Shown here: piece after piece, positions 19,530-32,310 of the stretch
How the letters are laid out: the number at the start of each line of letters is the position of its first letter
Numbering within the stretch: position 1 is the first letter of the stretch
NCBI GenBank assembly: GCA_019828565.1
Contig: JAHDYR010000025.1
Span: 930,001-994,000, forward strand
Direction: 5' to 3'
Length of the DNA stretch: 64,000 bases
Source: Carpediemonas membranifera BICM
Taxonomy: Eukaryota; Protista; Fornicata
Notes under the pieces: generated by a model
The model's input: the letters and a program-made list of their open reading frames with translations, nothing else
Told to the model about the DNA's origin: nothing
Database searches by the model: none
Made by a program: the position numbers and the translations under genes

Positions 19530-22361
19530 TTACTGGTTAGCATGCCGTAGCCATGCGACGACCGTGATCTTCTTGGGCAGCTTGAACGTCGGCGACGATG
19601 CGATGCTCTTTGCATTCTCGATGTCACCGCCCATAACGGCCTGGATGAGATGCTCAACGCGCTCCAGGTCTGCGTCCGTTAGACCAGCGATGGGTGTCTC
19701 AGTCAGAGGGCAGACCACGTTCTTGCCGTTCGTGCTGGCGGAGTGGCTCTTGAACTGCGCCATGGCTGCCTCAACACGCCCGAGCAGCGCCTGGCGGGCA
19801 GGGTCCACGGGCGCCTTAGCAGGCGCGGGCCGGGCCACTGGAGCGGGGGTAGGGACGGGCGCCGGCACAAACGACTCCTCGACTGGGGCAGCAGGGGTCG
19901 TGCCGGGTGTGGGTACGAAGCCCTGGATACGGGAGACGCGGGGCTTCGTTGGCACGGGAGCAGGCGGGGGCGGGGCGGCGGGGCCCGTGTTCTCGTTGGG
20001 CGACGGCGTGTAGTTTCCGGGCGGGATAAATGTCGCGGGGGTCGGCTGGTACGACGGGACTGGGGTCGGCTGGAAGTGGTTGCCAACGGGGGCCGGAGCA
20101 GGCTGGAAAGATGCCACGGGCGCGGGCTGGAAGGTCGTGGTCGTGGGCGCGGGCACGGTGCGGGCCGGCTGCTTCGGGGGCTGCTGGACGGGCTTGGCAG
20201 GGGGCTCGGAGCGGCGGCACTGCTGACACCCGCGATGGCGAGGACCTTCTCGGCAGCCTCACCGGCGTTCGTTGCCTTGAGTACGCGAGCGAACCTCTCA
20301 AGCGTACGAGCGGCGATGCCAGAGCCAGTGAGAGTGACGCTGCGGGCCTTAGCGAAGAAGATGATCTGCTCGACGAGAGCGTACATCAGGCTCGGGTCGA
20401 AGCCAGGGATGGTCGGCTTGAGGGCCACAGCGACGAGGTCAGCGCTGCCCGAGCACATGGCGGTGGTGAGCATGGCAAGCATGCGGTCTTCCTCGGCCAG
20501 GGTCGAGTCGTCGCGGACTCTGTCGAAGAGAGCGGCGGCGAGGCCGCGGACCTCCTCCACGCCCTTGGTGTACGTGAGGATGGCGGCGAGGGTCTCGGTC
20601 CAGCACGCAGGAGCGCTCTCGGAGACATATGTGCGGAGATCGTTCTCGGAGACGGCGCGGAGCATGGTCAGGCAGGGATGGCCCCGAGCCCCGAGGAAGG
20701 CGGCCTCGACCTTGGCGAGGAGGTCGTTACCGCCGTACCGGGCGACGAAGAACGCGTCAGCCAGGCGGTTCTCGGCGATGCAGAGGTCAATGGCTTCGGG
20801 GATCCGGCCTGCGTGGAGCAGCGCGCTGATCGACTCCCACTCGATGCTGTGCTCTGAGGGGGCCTTCTCCGGCTCCACATCCACTGGAGTGATGGCGGAC
20901 TCGGGCGTGCTGGCCTCCTCCTCGTTGGTGAGCTCAGCGTCGCGGCTGTTGAAGAAGTCCATTTCATCGACGGGCTCAGCCTCCGGCTCGGGAACGACGA
21001 CAGCGGGCGCTTCGGGTGTTTCTGCGGCAGGGATATGCGCAGGGTTGACTCCGAGCAGGCTGATCATCTCGGCCCGGGCGTTGTCGGACCCGAGGGCCGT
21101 GAGGACGGAGTAAAAGCGGCGGGAGAGCGCATCCTCCGCATCAGCCGCGCGCTGGCGGACAACCTCGGCGCGCTGCCCATCGGGGAGCTCGATGCAGTCG
21201 ATTAGGCCGGCGGCCATCGCCGGGACGCCCTCGATCGCCTCCATGGTCCCGATCCGGAGGGTGCGGCCAAAGACGGCGGCAACCTCACCAGATGGGCCGA
21301 AGACGATGCCTGCCTTCCGGGGCTGGTGCCAGGCGGGGGTGGAGGGGACGGACTCGGGTGCGATTGCGGGCAGAGAGGCGCCCTCGACGATGCCAGCGGC
21401 GGAGCGGGTGTAGTTGGGCATGATCGGCTTGAGGCGGGGTAGTAGATTGACCTGATCGGGATGTCCATTTCGTCCTTGGAGGATGTGGCGAGGAGGCCGG
21501 TCGAGGAGGAGAAGGCCACAAAGTGGTGGCCTTCGAGTATCGTCACCAAGTCGCACGCGGCGATCGCTGTGGCCGCTCTGACCTCAGTCAGGTTGCTGTT
21601 GAACATGAGGTGGATCTCCGTACCCGCGAGCACGGCGAGGAAGCGAGGGTCGACCCTGCTCCAGTCGAGCGACGTGATCGGCTCGGGTGTCTGCTGCTGG
21701 GCGATCGTCTTGTCCGTAGTCTTCGTACGGAGATCATGGAAGCGGATGGTGTTGTCGCCGGTCGTTGCGGCGATTATTGTGGCGACGGCGCGCTCCCACC
21801 GCATGGCAGTAATCGGGGCACTGGCCGCGGCAAATGAGACCTTGGCGGTGCTGTCTGCTGCGCGCAGGTCGAGCACAAAGATTTTGCCGTTCGTGAGGCC
21901 TGCACCAATGATGAAGCCGGCCTTCTCGTTCCAGGCGAGGGATGAAAGCTCGTGGCCCTCGGGGAGCAGGAAGGTCTTGTAGGGGCTTTCGGGAAGCTCG
22001 GCACCGATCTTGTAGACATCGATGGTGCGGTCACTGCCGATGACGACGAAGGATTCGCCGTTGTAAACGCCGTGAGCGATCACAGCATTGTCCTTGTGCT
22101 CGTGGGGGAAAGAACCGAGGTATTCGGCAGTCTCAGTGCTTCCATCGAGCTCATAAACGTGAAGTTTGGCATCGCTGGCAAGACACAACAGTCTTTTCGT
22201 CGCTGAGGAAGACGAGAGAGTTAGTTCATCGTCGTTTGCAGCGGAACGTGGTAGGTCTTGCCGCCATGCTCTTTGACAACAAGCTTGTTCTCGGAGATGA
22301 AATCGTCAGTGATGTCTTCTAGGACACGCACAGCAACTGGGCCGCTGAAACCTTCCTTCAT
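19530..22361 (-). CDS. SEC31: COPII coat protein Sec31 (split over three ORFs; 5' end uncertain)
   Basis: N-terminal WD40 (21202-22188), WxxP-x-GIVFGPSGEV motif, ACE1 solenoid (AIDLCIAENRLADAFFVARYGG), Pro-rich region and short C-terminal domain. Frame changes near G-runs at 21436-21439 and 20200-20204. Confidence 0.8.
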
Positions 22362-22786
22362 GTGTGTCTTAAAGTCAATACGCTCACGTAAACAGCAGCA
22401 AAACCGCGTCTTAAAGTGCGGTGGCCATGGCTGAGACACAGTGCCGTTGGGGTAGAAGTTGTTCTGCCGTTGAGGCGCTGATTGTAAACATCCGTGTTGC
22501 TGGGCTTGAAACGTCACATGTTTGTTGACAATCAACTGATTGGGGCCAAAAGGGGAGGGCACCTACCGGGGTCTACAATGCCTCTGCCAGGGTGCACGCC
22601 AAGTCGAGGCAGAGATTTTACGATGTGTCCTGGGCATTAAGGCAGACCGAGGCCGGGTGACAGCAGATGAATCACCCCGAGTTCAAAGGGAAGCCACACT
22701 CAAAGAGACAGAGGGCTTTGAACGAAGAGGTTGACTGGGCTGACGATGCCCGTTGAGCGGCCGACTTTTAGCACAAGATTTAGTTG

Positions 22787-24410
22787 TTAAAGTTGGGCCC
22801 ACGGGTCGACATTAATCGGGGTGGTTTCCCAGAGCGAAGTTGGTGCCTCACACTCGGCCAACTCAGCCACCCCATCTGCCACCGTCTTCGCGTAAAACCA
22901 CTGGCCGGTGGAGTCGCGGAATGAGAGGATCCAACTGCCGCTAACCTGTCTTCTACCAAGAGCGGTTGCCTCAAAGAGCACACAGTACTGTTTGTCACGG
23001 CTGCGCATGTGAGTCTGGCCCTCAGTGACCCAGATAAGCTCAAAGCCACAATGGAACCCCTTGACTCTCTCGGAACCGGAGCGGGGTGGCTGTGAGGCAC
23101 TTGTCATCCTCACTGTACCCAGGCAGCAGGCCCGACTGGGCGATATGAGGTGTAACTCGGCCAGCGAAGAGCAGCTGGCGGCCACTGAGGAAGACGTTAA
23201 AATCATCTTCAGGAGTCATGATCCGGTCGACCCTGAATGGCAAGTCGACGAATCCAGACATATCATTCTCATGACCAAGTCCCAGCTGGCCTTTCCAGCT
23301 TTCTCCGCTGATCACCTGCCGATCGCCCATTGAGAGGATGACAGCGCTGTTCCATGCATGCATGATGTGATCTGGGACAAATCCAGTGGGCACTGCTACT
23401 GGGGTGAACAGACGTCTATTGCCCCTCTCGGCTTCGCCTATGAACCAATTCGCCTTGTTGCCCGCCATGACAGTGCCGGCTGGGGTGAGGATGAACGTCT
23501 GACCGCTCATTATCGATACACCAGTCACCATCCCATGCTTCTCCCAAGCGGGCAGGCTGGCCTCGAGCTCGGCGACCTTGGGGCAGGCGGGGAAGGTGAG
23601 GCGGGTCGGGTCGACGAACCCAGACGACTCGAACCCCAGCTGGCCATATTCGTTGTAGCCCCAGCCCCACAGACCCTTGGGCGTCCTGGCGATGTGGGTC
23701 CATGTGTTGCTGTAGACCTCGAGGGCCCTGGGCATCCTGGCCCTGGTGAGGGCGGTGTGGTGCCTTGTGTCGAGCATGAAGAGTCGGCCCATGTACATGC
23801 GGTGGTGGTAGCATCTGTCGGGCACAGGGCACTGATAGCTCTCGCCGTCCTTCTCGGCGACGTTCAGCGAGAAGAAGAACTTGCGGCAGAGGAACCAGAG
23901 GCACTTGGCCTCGGGGGTGAGAGCCTTGCGGATTCTGTTATGAATATCGGTCATATGTGGTTGCTTCTCTCGAGCCTCGTTCAGCACCCTGTCCTCGAGG
24001 TCTGGGTTGGCCCCGCCACCCAGCAGACACGCCCACACCGCGCCCTGGTTCAGCGTGTGCATGGCGATCGGGAGCTCCTCGCCGTCCGCGAGCTCGACGT
24101 TCATGGACAGCGGGGGGCCGCTGGTGAGGATCGAGCGGGCGCGGTCGAGGAGGGCTTGCGCGGCTGGTTCGAGAAGGTGGATCTTGCAGAGCGTGGCGAG
24201 GAGGGATTCGAGAGACGGGGCGCTCGTTGGTGCAGAAGTGCTCTTGTTGTTGTGGATCGAGGGCATCTGCTCGCGGAAGTGCCTGGAGTAGGCGTGCTGG
24301 AGCAACGAGGGGATGTCCCCGGAGATGGAGGCCGTTACAACGAGCGACTCGCGGAATGCGGAGATAAGCGCATCTTTGATGGCCGATGGCGAGGAGCTAG
24401 CGCTGTTCAT
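22787..24410 (-). pseudogene. RCC1-like family copy 4, one frameshift near 23065
   Basis: ORF 23040-24410 continues as RVKGFHCGFELIW...PINVDPW in ORF 22787-23206. The shift lies in a GA dinucleotide run, so it could be an assembly error. Confidence 0.75.
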
Positions 24411-24716
24411 GGCTTTCAGCGCTCAGTTCGGTGATGGCCAAATTCTGACTGCCGACTCGCCGACCACCGACGCCAGCTGCGGATCAGACGCGACGCTGTG
24501 AGTCACGAGCTCAGTCTAGAGCCAGCCGCATTTGTCTCCCAACCTGCTGATGGCCTCTAAACTCTGCCCCGCAGTCATCCAAAGAAGACCTCCCAAGCTG
24601 GTCAAGATCAGACCAAAGTTTATCAATCGGTCCCATGAAGCCGACTGCGCAACTTCTACATGCAACCGAGAACCTGAACTGCGCCGAGGCGCTCTAAACC
24701 TCTGCCTGTCACGATG
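24411..24716 (-). repeat. Conserved ~300-bp upstream region of the RCC1-like family; inverted copy at 35667-35972
   Basis: Near-identical reverse complement of 35667-35972. Diverged or shorter versions at ~42502-42740 and ~46378-46458. Confidence 0.85.
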
Positions 24717-24882
24717 GAGATGGCAGAGTTTCTCACCCGAGATGCGTATTCAGTGTGGCTATGCAAGGTTCTTTGAAGCTGCTACTACTTCGAAGCGATG
24801 GTAAGACACACACAAGCGGTGAGGACCAGACAGTCGGCTAACGGTCGACTGACGGTGCAGTTTGTGTCACGAAAGAATTGCA

Positions 24883-27800
24883 ATGGAAAACGACTCGCAG
24901 GAATTGTTCAAAGTTGTTCTCTGCAGTCCAGGTGACAGCAAATTTCTAGATTCCTTTGCTGAATGCGCAGGATTCAGCGACGCGTTCGTTCCTTCAATGT
25001 CGCATTATCCAGAAATACAGAGCAATCCTTTCAGATTGACAACCAGCAAGTATCACTCGGGGTTCGCAACCTCTCACGTTTTGGCTGTTTGAATTCCAAT
25101 TCATTTCCAACCCTGACACAGTTTCCATGCGAAAGCAGCAGTCCAAGCACCGCGAGGCCGCCGTCATCGCCTTTGATGCAACAAGTCAGACCCAGATGAA
25201 CAGGATTACCGAGCACTCAAACTGGTTGGTGCACTCTACTGGCCTTCCGAAGACATTACCGGCCATTGTCGTCGCGTACCATTCGGGAAGCACCCAGCGG
25301 GCTGTAACGACTGCAGAAGCTGCGTTGTTCGCGCATTCCCACGGATACATGTTTATGGAGGTCCCTTATAAGGATACCGACGCCGCCATGCGCAGTTTCC
25401 GTGTGCTTACCCGTCATTTATTGTACAACCGATTAGCCCAACAGCTCCCGAGGAAGGTCGACTCTGAGATGGCCTGGTTCGACCAGTACCAGACCAAGTC
25501 CACCCAGACTGTCAAGAAGCAAGTAGAAGCTATCCTAGCGGCGGACGGGGAGAGGTTCTCGACGCTACAGATTCACCTTGAGGGATTGAAACTCAAGCCG
25601 CTGCGGCTGTGTCATCTGCAGGAGATGCTGAATTACATACTTTCCCGTCCAACGCTGCCTGCCTCGTTTTATTTTTTTGTCCACAAACCCAAGGCGATTA
25701 TTCAACTCCAAGGTGGTCGATTCAAAATTGCTCGGGAACATTATGACACGTCGTCGCCCGACAAGAGTGTTGTGCAGACTATACAGGGCGCGAACGCCGT
25801 GCTTGACTGCATCGGCCGACTCCGAAGCCGCGAGTCACTTGCCGACGCCACGATTGACCTGAGCACATACGAGTATCTCAACGAGGCCGTCCTCGTCCGC
25901 GTTCTTGCGGAGCTCCCCGCCGATAGGGCGCTTCCTAATCAATTGATTTTGCCATTACACACAGCTAACTGCCGAGTCGAGATCACTCCCGACAACTGCT
26001 CCATCCGCGGGCTATTGCCCCGTCAGCCAGCTCTGACACGCTCTATAATTAAGATTTTCCAGTTTTTAACTAGACATGCCAACTTTTATGAATGGCTCCG
26101 GTCTCCGATCACAGCGGACCACAACTTCAACTTCAGCCTCCGGAGTGAGTATGATGACTTTGACCCATGGTTCTTCTATCATCTCTCTCTATTGGGCAGC
26201 AAGATACTCACCACATATGCTGTATCGGGCGTACTACCGACCTCGATCGGTCTGCGGCACGATGAAGCGGTGGCACGGTGCAGGGTTGACCCAGACGTCA
26301 GTCATAAGGCCAGATTCTACGGTGGAAATGCATGTCAGCGGTTTCAGCCAATATTGGATACGTTCAACTACATCCTCGACAGGCTTGATTTGATGAAGGA
26401 CAACAGTGCGCTTGAGCCCGTTGCTGGGGAAGGCCTTCAGCTCGGCCGCCTCGAACTTGGCATTCTCATGAACCATTTTTCTTCGGTCAAGGGTCCAATT
26501 CCGGAAGATTTTTCTGTTTCACTTTACAATCCCATTGGGAACGTCTGTTTCCAAGACCGTTTCTTCTTTACAGACCAACAGTACTTCGAAAGCACCCTCA
26601 TCGAGGTCAATACGGCGCTCACCAAACGGTATTTTGATGAATTCCTCCGTTCGCCAGTCACGCCGCAGTCGGTGTACGTCCTTGCTCCACCCACGTCGGT
26701 TGCTTGGCCGCTGGCTTCTGTTGAGCCACTGCTTGATCACATCGTTTCCAGTGGCACTATTCCAAACAAACTCAGCCTCACTGCGGACGGGTCGGACGGC
26801 TTGCCTGTCGTCATCATGATGACTGGGATGCAGTTTATGGCAGAGCCAGCTGACCCGCCGATTGCAGCCCTGTTGACGGAGAAGACGATGAAACTCCAGG
26901 AAAGTATCATTGCTCGCATGCATCGTGAGCGCGAGGATGAACGCAAGGCAGAGGCAAGCGAAGCCCAGAAGATGAAGGAGGCGATGGCACAGCTACTGAC
27001 ATCATCGGCAGCCTACCACCTCGCGCCCATCCGGGAGGCGGTACAGTACAGTGAGAAGTTCGCCAGAAGCCCGCTTATGCATCACCCGCCGAGGCCCTTC
27101 TCCCTCCCCCCAGGCCTGGCCCCCACCTCTGTGCTCGAGGACAGGCTTTCGGTCGCATGGCGGCTTACTCCTGCCAAGCGTCTTGAAGTCGTCCAGGCGG
27201 TGGCAACAGCCGCTGAGCTCGCGACGAAGGCGTTTACGAAAGCGCAAGAGTCGACCAAGGCTTGCGATGCCTATGCACAATTTATCGTCACTAACACCAG
27301 CGCAGCCGACGTTCCCACGCCCGAGGAAGTGGCCAAGTTGTCTCAGATTCTTGACAACGCGGAAAAAGCCACGATGGTACCAGAATTAGAAGACCTCCGC
27401 CCCGAGCTCTTGGCACGATTCAGCGAGCTCAAGGCATTCCTAGACACCAAGGCATATGAACGATTCGCCTTGGCCCAGCGCCGTCTCAGTGTCGCGCGAG
27501 ATGATTCCATTGCTCTCGAGGCAAAGCGCTACGAGTCCATCTTATCCGAGGCGCGGGCGTATCTCGCCATTATCTCCAAGGTCAAAGACACCCTTTCGCA
27601 GTGCAGAGGCATCGCCCACATTGAGAACCTGTTGCCCAAGTATTACGACCTCTGTCGCCAGACCGAGTTCTCCAGACGCAACGCAGATGCCATACGACGT
27701 AAGAAGGCCGCTGAACATGACATACGAACGCTGCAGCGCCTTCTGGAGCCCATCCTCCCTTTCGCACACCTGTGTCCTGAGCTGGAAGGCATACTAGTCT

Positions 27801-30631
27801 ACCCCGCCCAGTTCAGGATCCTGAGTATCATGGGCCTGGAAAGCATGCTCGACCTCCCGGAGTCGAGGAACTGCCGCGTATTTTCGGACTTCCCTGACGT
27901 TGAAGCCGTCGGAGTGGGGAGAAACAGTGTGTTCCTCACATCGTTCAGGGGAAAGCGGCTGCTCGCAAAGTCGTTCACCCTGGACTCGGATGAGCTCGAT
28001 AACAACAAGCATTGCCTGCAAGAGGCGACCATCCTTTCCCGGCTGTCTCCCAGCGGCATCGTGCCTAAGCTGCACTATATCTTATTTGACGTCCACCCAG
28101 GACCGCGGTCCCACAATGCGCTACACTACAGAGGGAGATGTCTGCTGGTCATGGAGTTCATACAAGACCCGTTCTGGGATGGAACTTGTTCGACACGAAG
28201 TGTTATTTCCCGATTTGGCGCTCTTTTTAGAGCTTTAGCAAAGCTACATGCAGCGGGCTTTGCGCACGGTGATTTGAAACCCGAGAATGTCCGCATGCGA
28301 GGCAGCGAGGCTGTTCTGATCGACTTTGAGACCCTTGATCATGAAGGGACGCAGATGTACAATGCTCCCGAGGAGATGGGCCTGCCCTCTCGCGCTGGGT
28401 TGACACTCGCGCGGAAACAGGCGTGCGATGTCTGCCATGCAGGCTACACCGTCTACGCGCTGACGCTCAATAGGAGAGCACTCAGGACGTTTAACTTTAG
28501 CCAGCTCTCGAGTGAGTCTACAGTCATGACATCCGCGTTATTGGTCAACGTGTTCGAGGTGTCTCCAAAATTTTACAGGTTGCTCCTCCATACCGTATGC
28601 GCTAACCCGCTTCAACGTTTGTCTGCTGCTAAGGCGTTCTCAGTCCACCAGCTGGAAGCTCAGAGGGACTCCCTGTCTCCGACCCAAATAATGAGATATC
28701 ATTGGACGGCTAAGCTTAGGACACCGGTGAAACGTGTCGCGTGTAATTGCGGTCTACCCCAGCAACGGGCTGACACGCTCACTGGACTTCTCACAGTGTT
28801 GTCCGAGCAGGGGTCGAGCGAGGATCACTTGTTTTCGTTCAATGGCGCGAGCATGAATAGCACCCTTTCGGACCTCTATCTATTGACTGAGCACGCATTC
28901 GTCGGCAACCAGCCACTGTTCCGCGCTGGCACGCTTGTCTTCGCGCCGGGCATCCTCGACCTGGAGCTTGCCGAGCTGCGCCCTCTTTTGGTGGGGCTGG
29001 GTCGCGTGCTTCAGCTCATGCTGCTCAACGACATCGCGATGCCCGCCCACATGGCCAGCTCGGCGTGGTTCCGCGCGCTGAAGGGCGAAGGTGTCGACCT
29101 CGAGGCCCTGATGCCCGAGCTCCACTGGGCGATGGTTTCGCTCGCCGCTGCACGCGAGGCGTGCCCGCTCGCTGGGTTCGTCGCCGTCGGCCTCGATGAG
29201 TACCGCGATGAGGTGCGGCGTCGCTTTGCCGAGCGCATGAAAGTCGTCCGCGAGGGAATGGAGAAGAATCTCGGCGACGACACGCTCGCAGCCCTCAGAG
29301 CACTGAGCGTCGATGACCTCCGCGCCATGCTGACCGAGCCCAGCCCTCGCACCGTCGATGACGTCCTCGGCCTTCTGACATTCGACGACAGGACTGCCGA
29401 TATGCAAGCCGTCCTCCGCACCGCCCTCGAGGACGACGAGACGCGCCACAGGTTCGAGCACGTCTTCTTCTCACACGGAACCCCGGAATCCAGGGCGCAC
29501 ATCGTCTTCGGAGACCATGTCCATGATAGACTATACTCGACCCTGACTGACGTCGGGGACATTGCGATACACATCCCGGCCGGGCTGGCCGGTGTTTCTT
29601 TGATCCGCGCTATCCATCGCACTGCCCGGGGCATTCCCTTGGATCTGGTGCAGAGGATCCGCCGCAACGCCTTGATCTCGAGCCTTGATCCCACTCTTAA
29701 CGTCCCGTCTGTACGCCAGTGCCCTTGGTGCGGCAGAATCATCTCTCTGCCAGCCGCCATTCTTTATTCCACCTCTGAAACCATCACGCAGTGCGCTTGC
29801 GCTAACTCCTTCTGTGTGAGATGTCTCCGCTCGCCTGGGGCAACGGCGTCCCGGCATGGCAGGGAAAGGTGCGAGATTCACCCGCCCCAGTCTTATTCAG
29901 GCGCCAAGACAAGCGTGCCTGTCTTGTTCGCCGCATGCTATCGAATGGTGCTGTCTGCCCCATATGTGCTCCCTCCCATCGAATCCAAGCTGATTGAATC
30001 ATATCCCAGATGCCAGAATCAAGAAGAACCATTCCCACCCCGCGCACCCGCCCTTCATCCAACGGCCGACCTACTCGCGATGCTGCTCGACATGCCCTCG
30101 CTTTGTCACTCCAGTCAGACCCACGTCGACGCTGTCGTTCAGGCACTCCTCTGCGAAGAGACGCGTGGTATGTCACAAGAGGTTCTTATCGGGCCTCTGG
30201 CCAGCGAGGAAGCTGCGCGGCGAATTAGCCCCATGTGTCTCTCCCGGCCATCGTTTGGCTGGGCACTGTCATGCGGCAGGCTCTACTTTACGGGACGACT
30301 CCCACCGTCGATTACCAACACCCTTATGGTCAATTCAAAGCTTGTTTACGGTCTTCAATGGATTGTTCCCAACTCTGTCACGCACTTTTGGTGCGACTAT
30401 CATTTTGTCACAATGGCGTATGAGATCAACCATTACACCGTATGCTGGTCTGAGCGATTCAAGCGCTTCAAGCTTCCATTTAGCGCCGTTGCCTGTGATG
30501 AAACCGGGTCAATCTTCCAGTCCGTTGAGGGAGACTGCTTTAGGGTCATTGGAAAGCGTCGAGGGAGAGCCAAGACCAGGCTGGTGAAAGAGAAGAATGC
30601 TGCGCCCATTCCACTGGTCGCTGTGAGGTAG
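24883..30631 (+). CDS. Giant multidomain protein: degenerate Ras/Rho-like GTPase, ~85-aa repeats, coiled coil, protein kinase, HECT-like, IBR/RING2-like zinc finger, RCC1-family-like C-terminus
   Basis: 1834-aa ORF from 25127. Kinase motifs LLAK, HGDLKPEN, DFE, APEE. CPWC...CAC...FCVRC zinc finger. Upstream pieces FKVVL and FQIDNQQVSLGV join via short introns (first intron unresolved). Confidence 0.75.
25087..25121 (+). other. Putative 35-nt intron with branch site next to the acceptor (CTGACACAG)
   Basis: GTTTGA...CCCTGACACAG. Removal joins SFQIDNQQVSLGVRNLSRFG in frame to FSMRKQQSKHREAAVIAFD, restoring a Ras-like fold. Confidence 0.65.
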
Positions 30632-32310
30632 GCCTAAGCGTATTTTGTTCACATGCAGCCAAGTATTTATGGCTTTATCACTTTGTCTAAATCCAGATCG
30701 ATGACACTGAGATACTAAGCGGCACAGACCATGTCGACCCATCTAATTTTGACTCTGAAACCACGGCCATTGGATGAGAGAGCACGACGGCCGGTGATCA
30801 GACATTCTTTTGACCCTCACTGTGGTCCTAGTCAACTAGATATTTACAGACATACTGCTCACTGGTAAAACGCATCGTCTCCGGAATCTTCGTCGTCATT
30901 TCTGTCAGTCTCGAATACCAGCTTCGCATCAGCTTCAAGGCTGGCCACAGCGTCCTCGATATCGGGCATGTCTGGGTGGAACGCCCAGGTCGCCTTCTTC
31001 AGGGACTTCAGCATCAGTAGGTAGTTGGAATAGTGCCTGCATGGGCTCACGGCGAGGGACAACAGCGCAGGTCGCTCCATAGGGCACCCCGTCATCTTGC
31101 CGACCTCACCATCGAAGAGACGGAACTCAGAAGAATAATCATCAGGGTCGAACAGAGGATGACTCGCCATCTTCGACCTTGTCGTCCGTTGGATGTATTC
31201 CTGGTAGTCTTCCAATGCTTGTGGGCAACAAATGTGCTCGACGAGGACCTTCGCGAGCGATGTACGTGCGAAGACATTGAACGGTTCGACCAGCACGGTC
31301 CTGAGGCTGGACAAAAGCTGCTGCGAGTGCTCGACAATGTCTCCCACGCCGTCGAACAACTCATCTGGATGCCGAAGCTCAGGTGGGAACGCATCAGCGT
31401 TGATCTGCACGATCCGCTTCCATTTGGGGATGACTTGATCGATGAGGAACTTCATGGACTTGACGAACTCTTCCTCCACCTTGATGAACTCCATCGCGTG
31501 TCCTCGTCTAGCCACCCGCTTGGAAGCGGTTGCCTCGAATGTCTTCGTGCTGAAAACAACCGGAGTCGCCTTGAAGACGGCCCGCTTCATGGCGTCGGGC
31601 GTGGTTACCTTGGGCGGGAGACGAAGCTCCGTCCCTGCGTTATTCGTTCTGTCCGTTGTTCCAACCGGGACGGCGTTGATGTTTGACCCGCCCAGGCTTC
31701 GAACGACGGAAACCCTCTCATCGGCCCTGGAGGAAGCAAATACATAGTGCTCGAACCTGTGGCGCGTCTCGTCGTCCTCGAGGGCGGTGCGGAGGACGGC
31801 TTGCATATCGGCAGTCCTGTCGTCGAATGTCAGAAGGCCGAGGACGTCATCGACGGTGCGAGGGCTGGGCTCGGTCAGCATGGCGCGGAGGTCATCGACG
31901 CTCAGTGCTCTGAGGGCTGCGAGCGTGTCGTCGCCGAGATTCTTCTCCATTCCCTCGCGGACGACTTTCATGCGCTCGGCAAAGCGACGCCGCACCTCAT
32001 CGCGGTACTCATCGAGGCCGACGGCGACGAACCCAGCGAGCGGGCACGCCTCGCGTGCAGCGGCGAGCGAAACCATCGCCCAGTGGAGCTCGGGCATCAG
32101 GGCCTCGAGGTCGACACCTTCGCCCTTCAGCGCGCGGAACCACGCCGAGCTGGCCATGTGGGCGGGCATCGCGATGTCGTTGAGCAGCATGAGCTGAAGC
32201 ACGCGACCCAGCCCCACCAAAAGAGGGCGCAGCTCGGCAAGCTCCAGGTCGAGGATGCCCGGCGCGAAGACAAGCGTGCCAGCGCGGAACAGTGGCTGGT
32301 TGCCGACGAA
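28898..32310. repeat. 564-bp inverted repeat: 28898-29461 / 31747-32310
   Basis: Both arms encode the same FVGNQPLFRAG...RHRFEH peptide in the two convergent kinase genes. Equal length, no differences seen. Confidence 0.95.

Noticed and set aside
19743-21113. Long opposite-strand ORFs (also 7969-9006, 23358-24434, 45106-46023, 14639-15712 and similar)
   Set aside because: Shadows of GC-rich coding sequence on the other strand, with no recognisable motifs.
19530-22361. SEC31 as a pseudogene or split gene
   Set aside because: It is normally an essential gene and both breaks are near G/C runs. Sequencing indels are more likely, which also cautions against over-reading other single-base frameshifts here.
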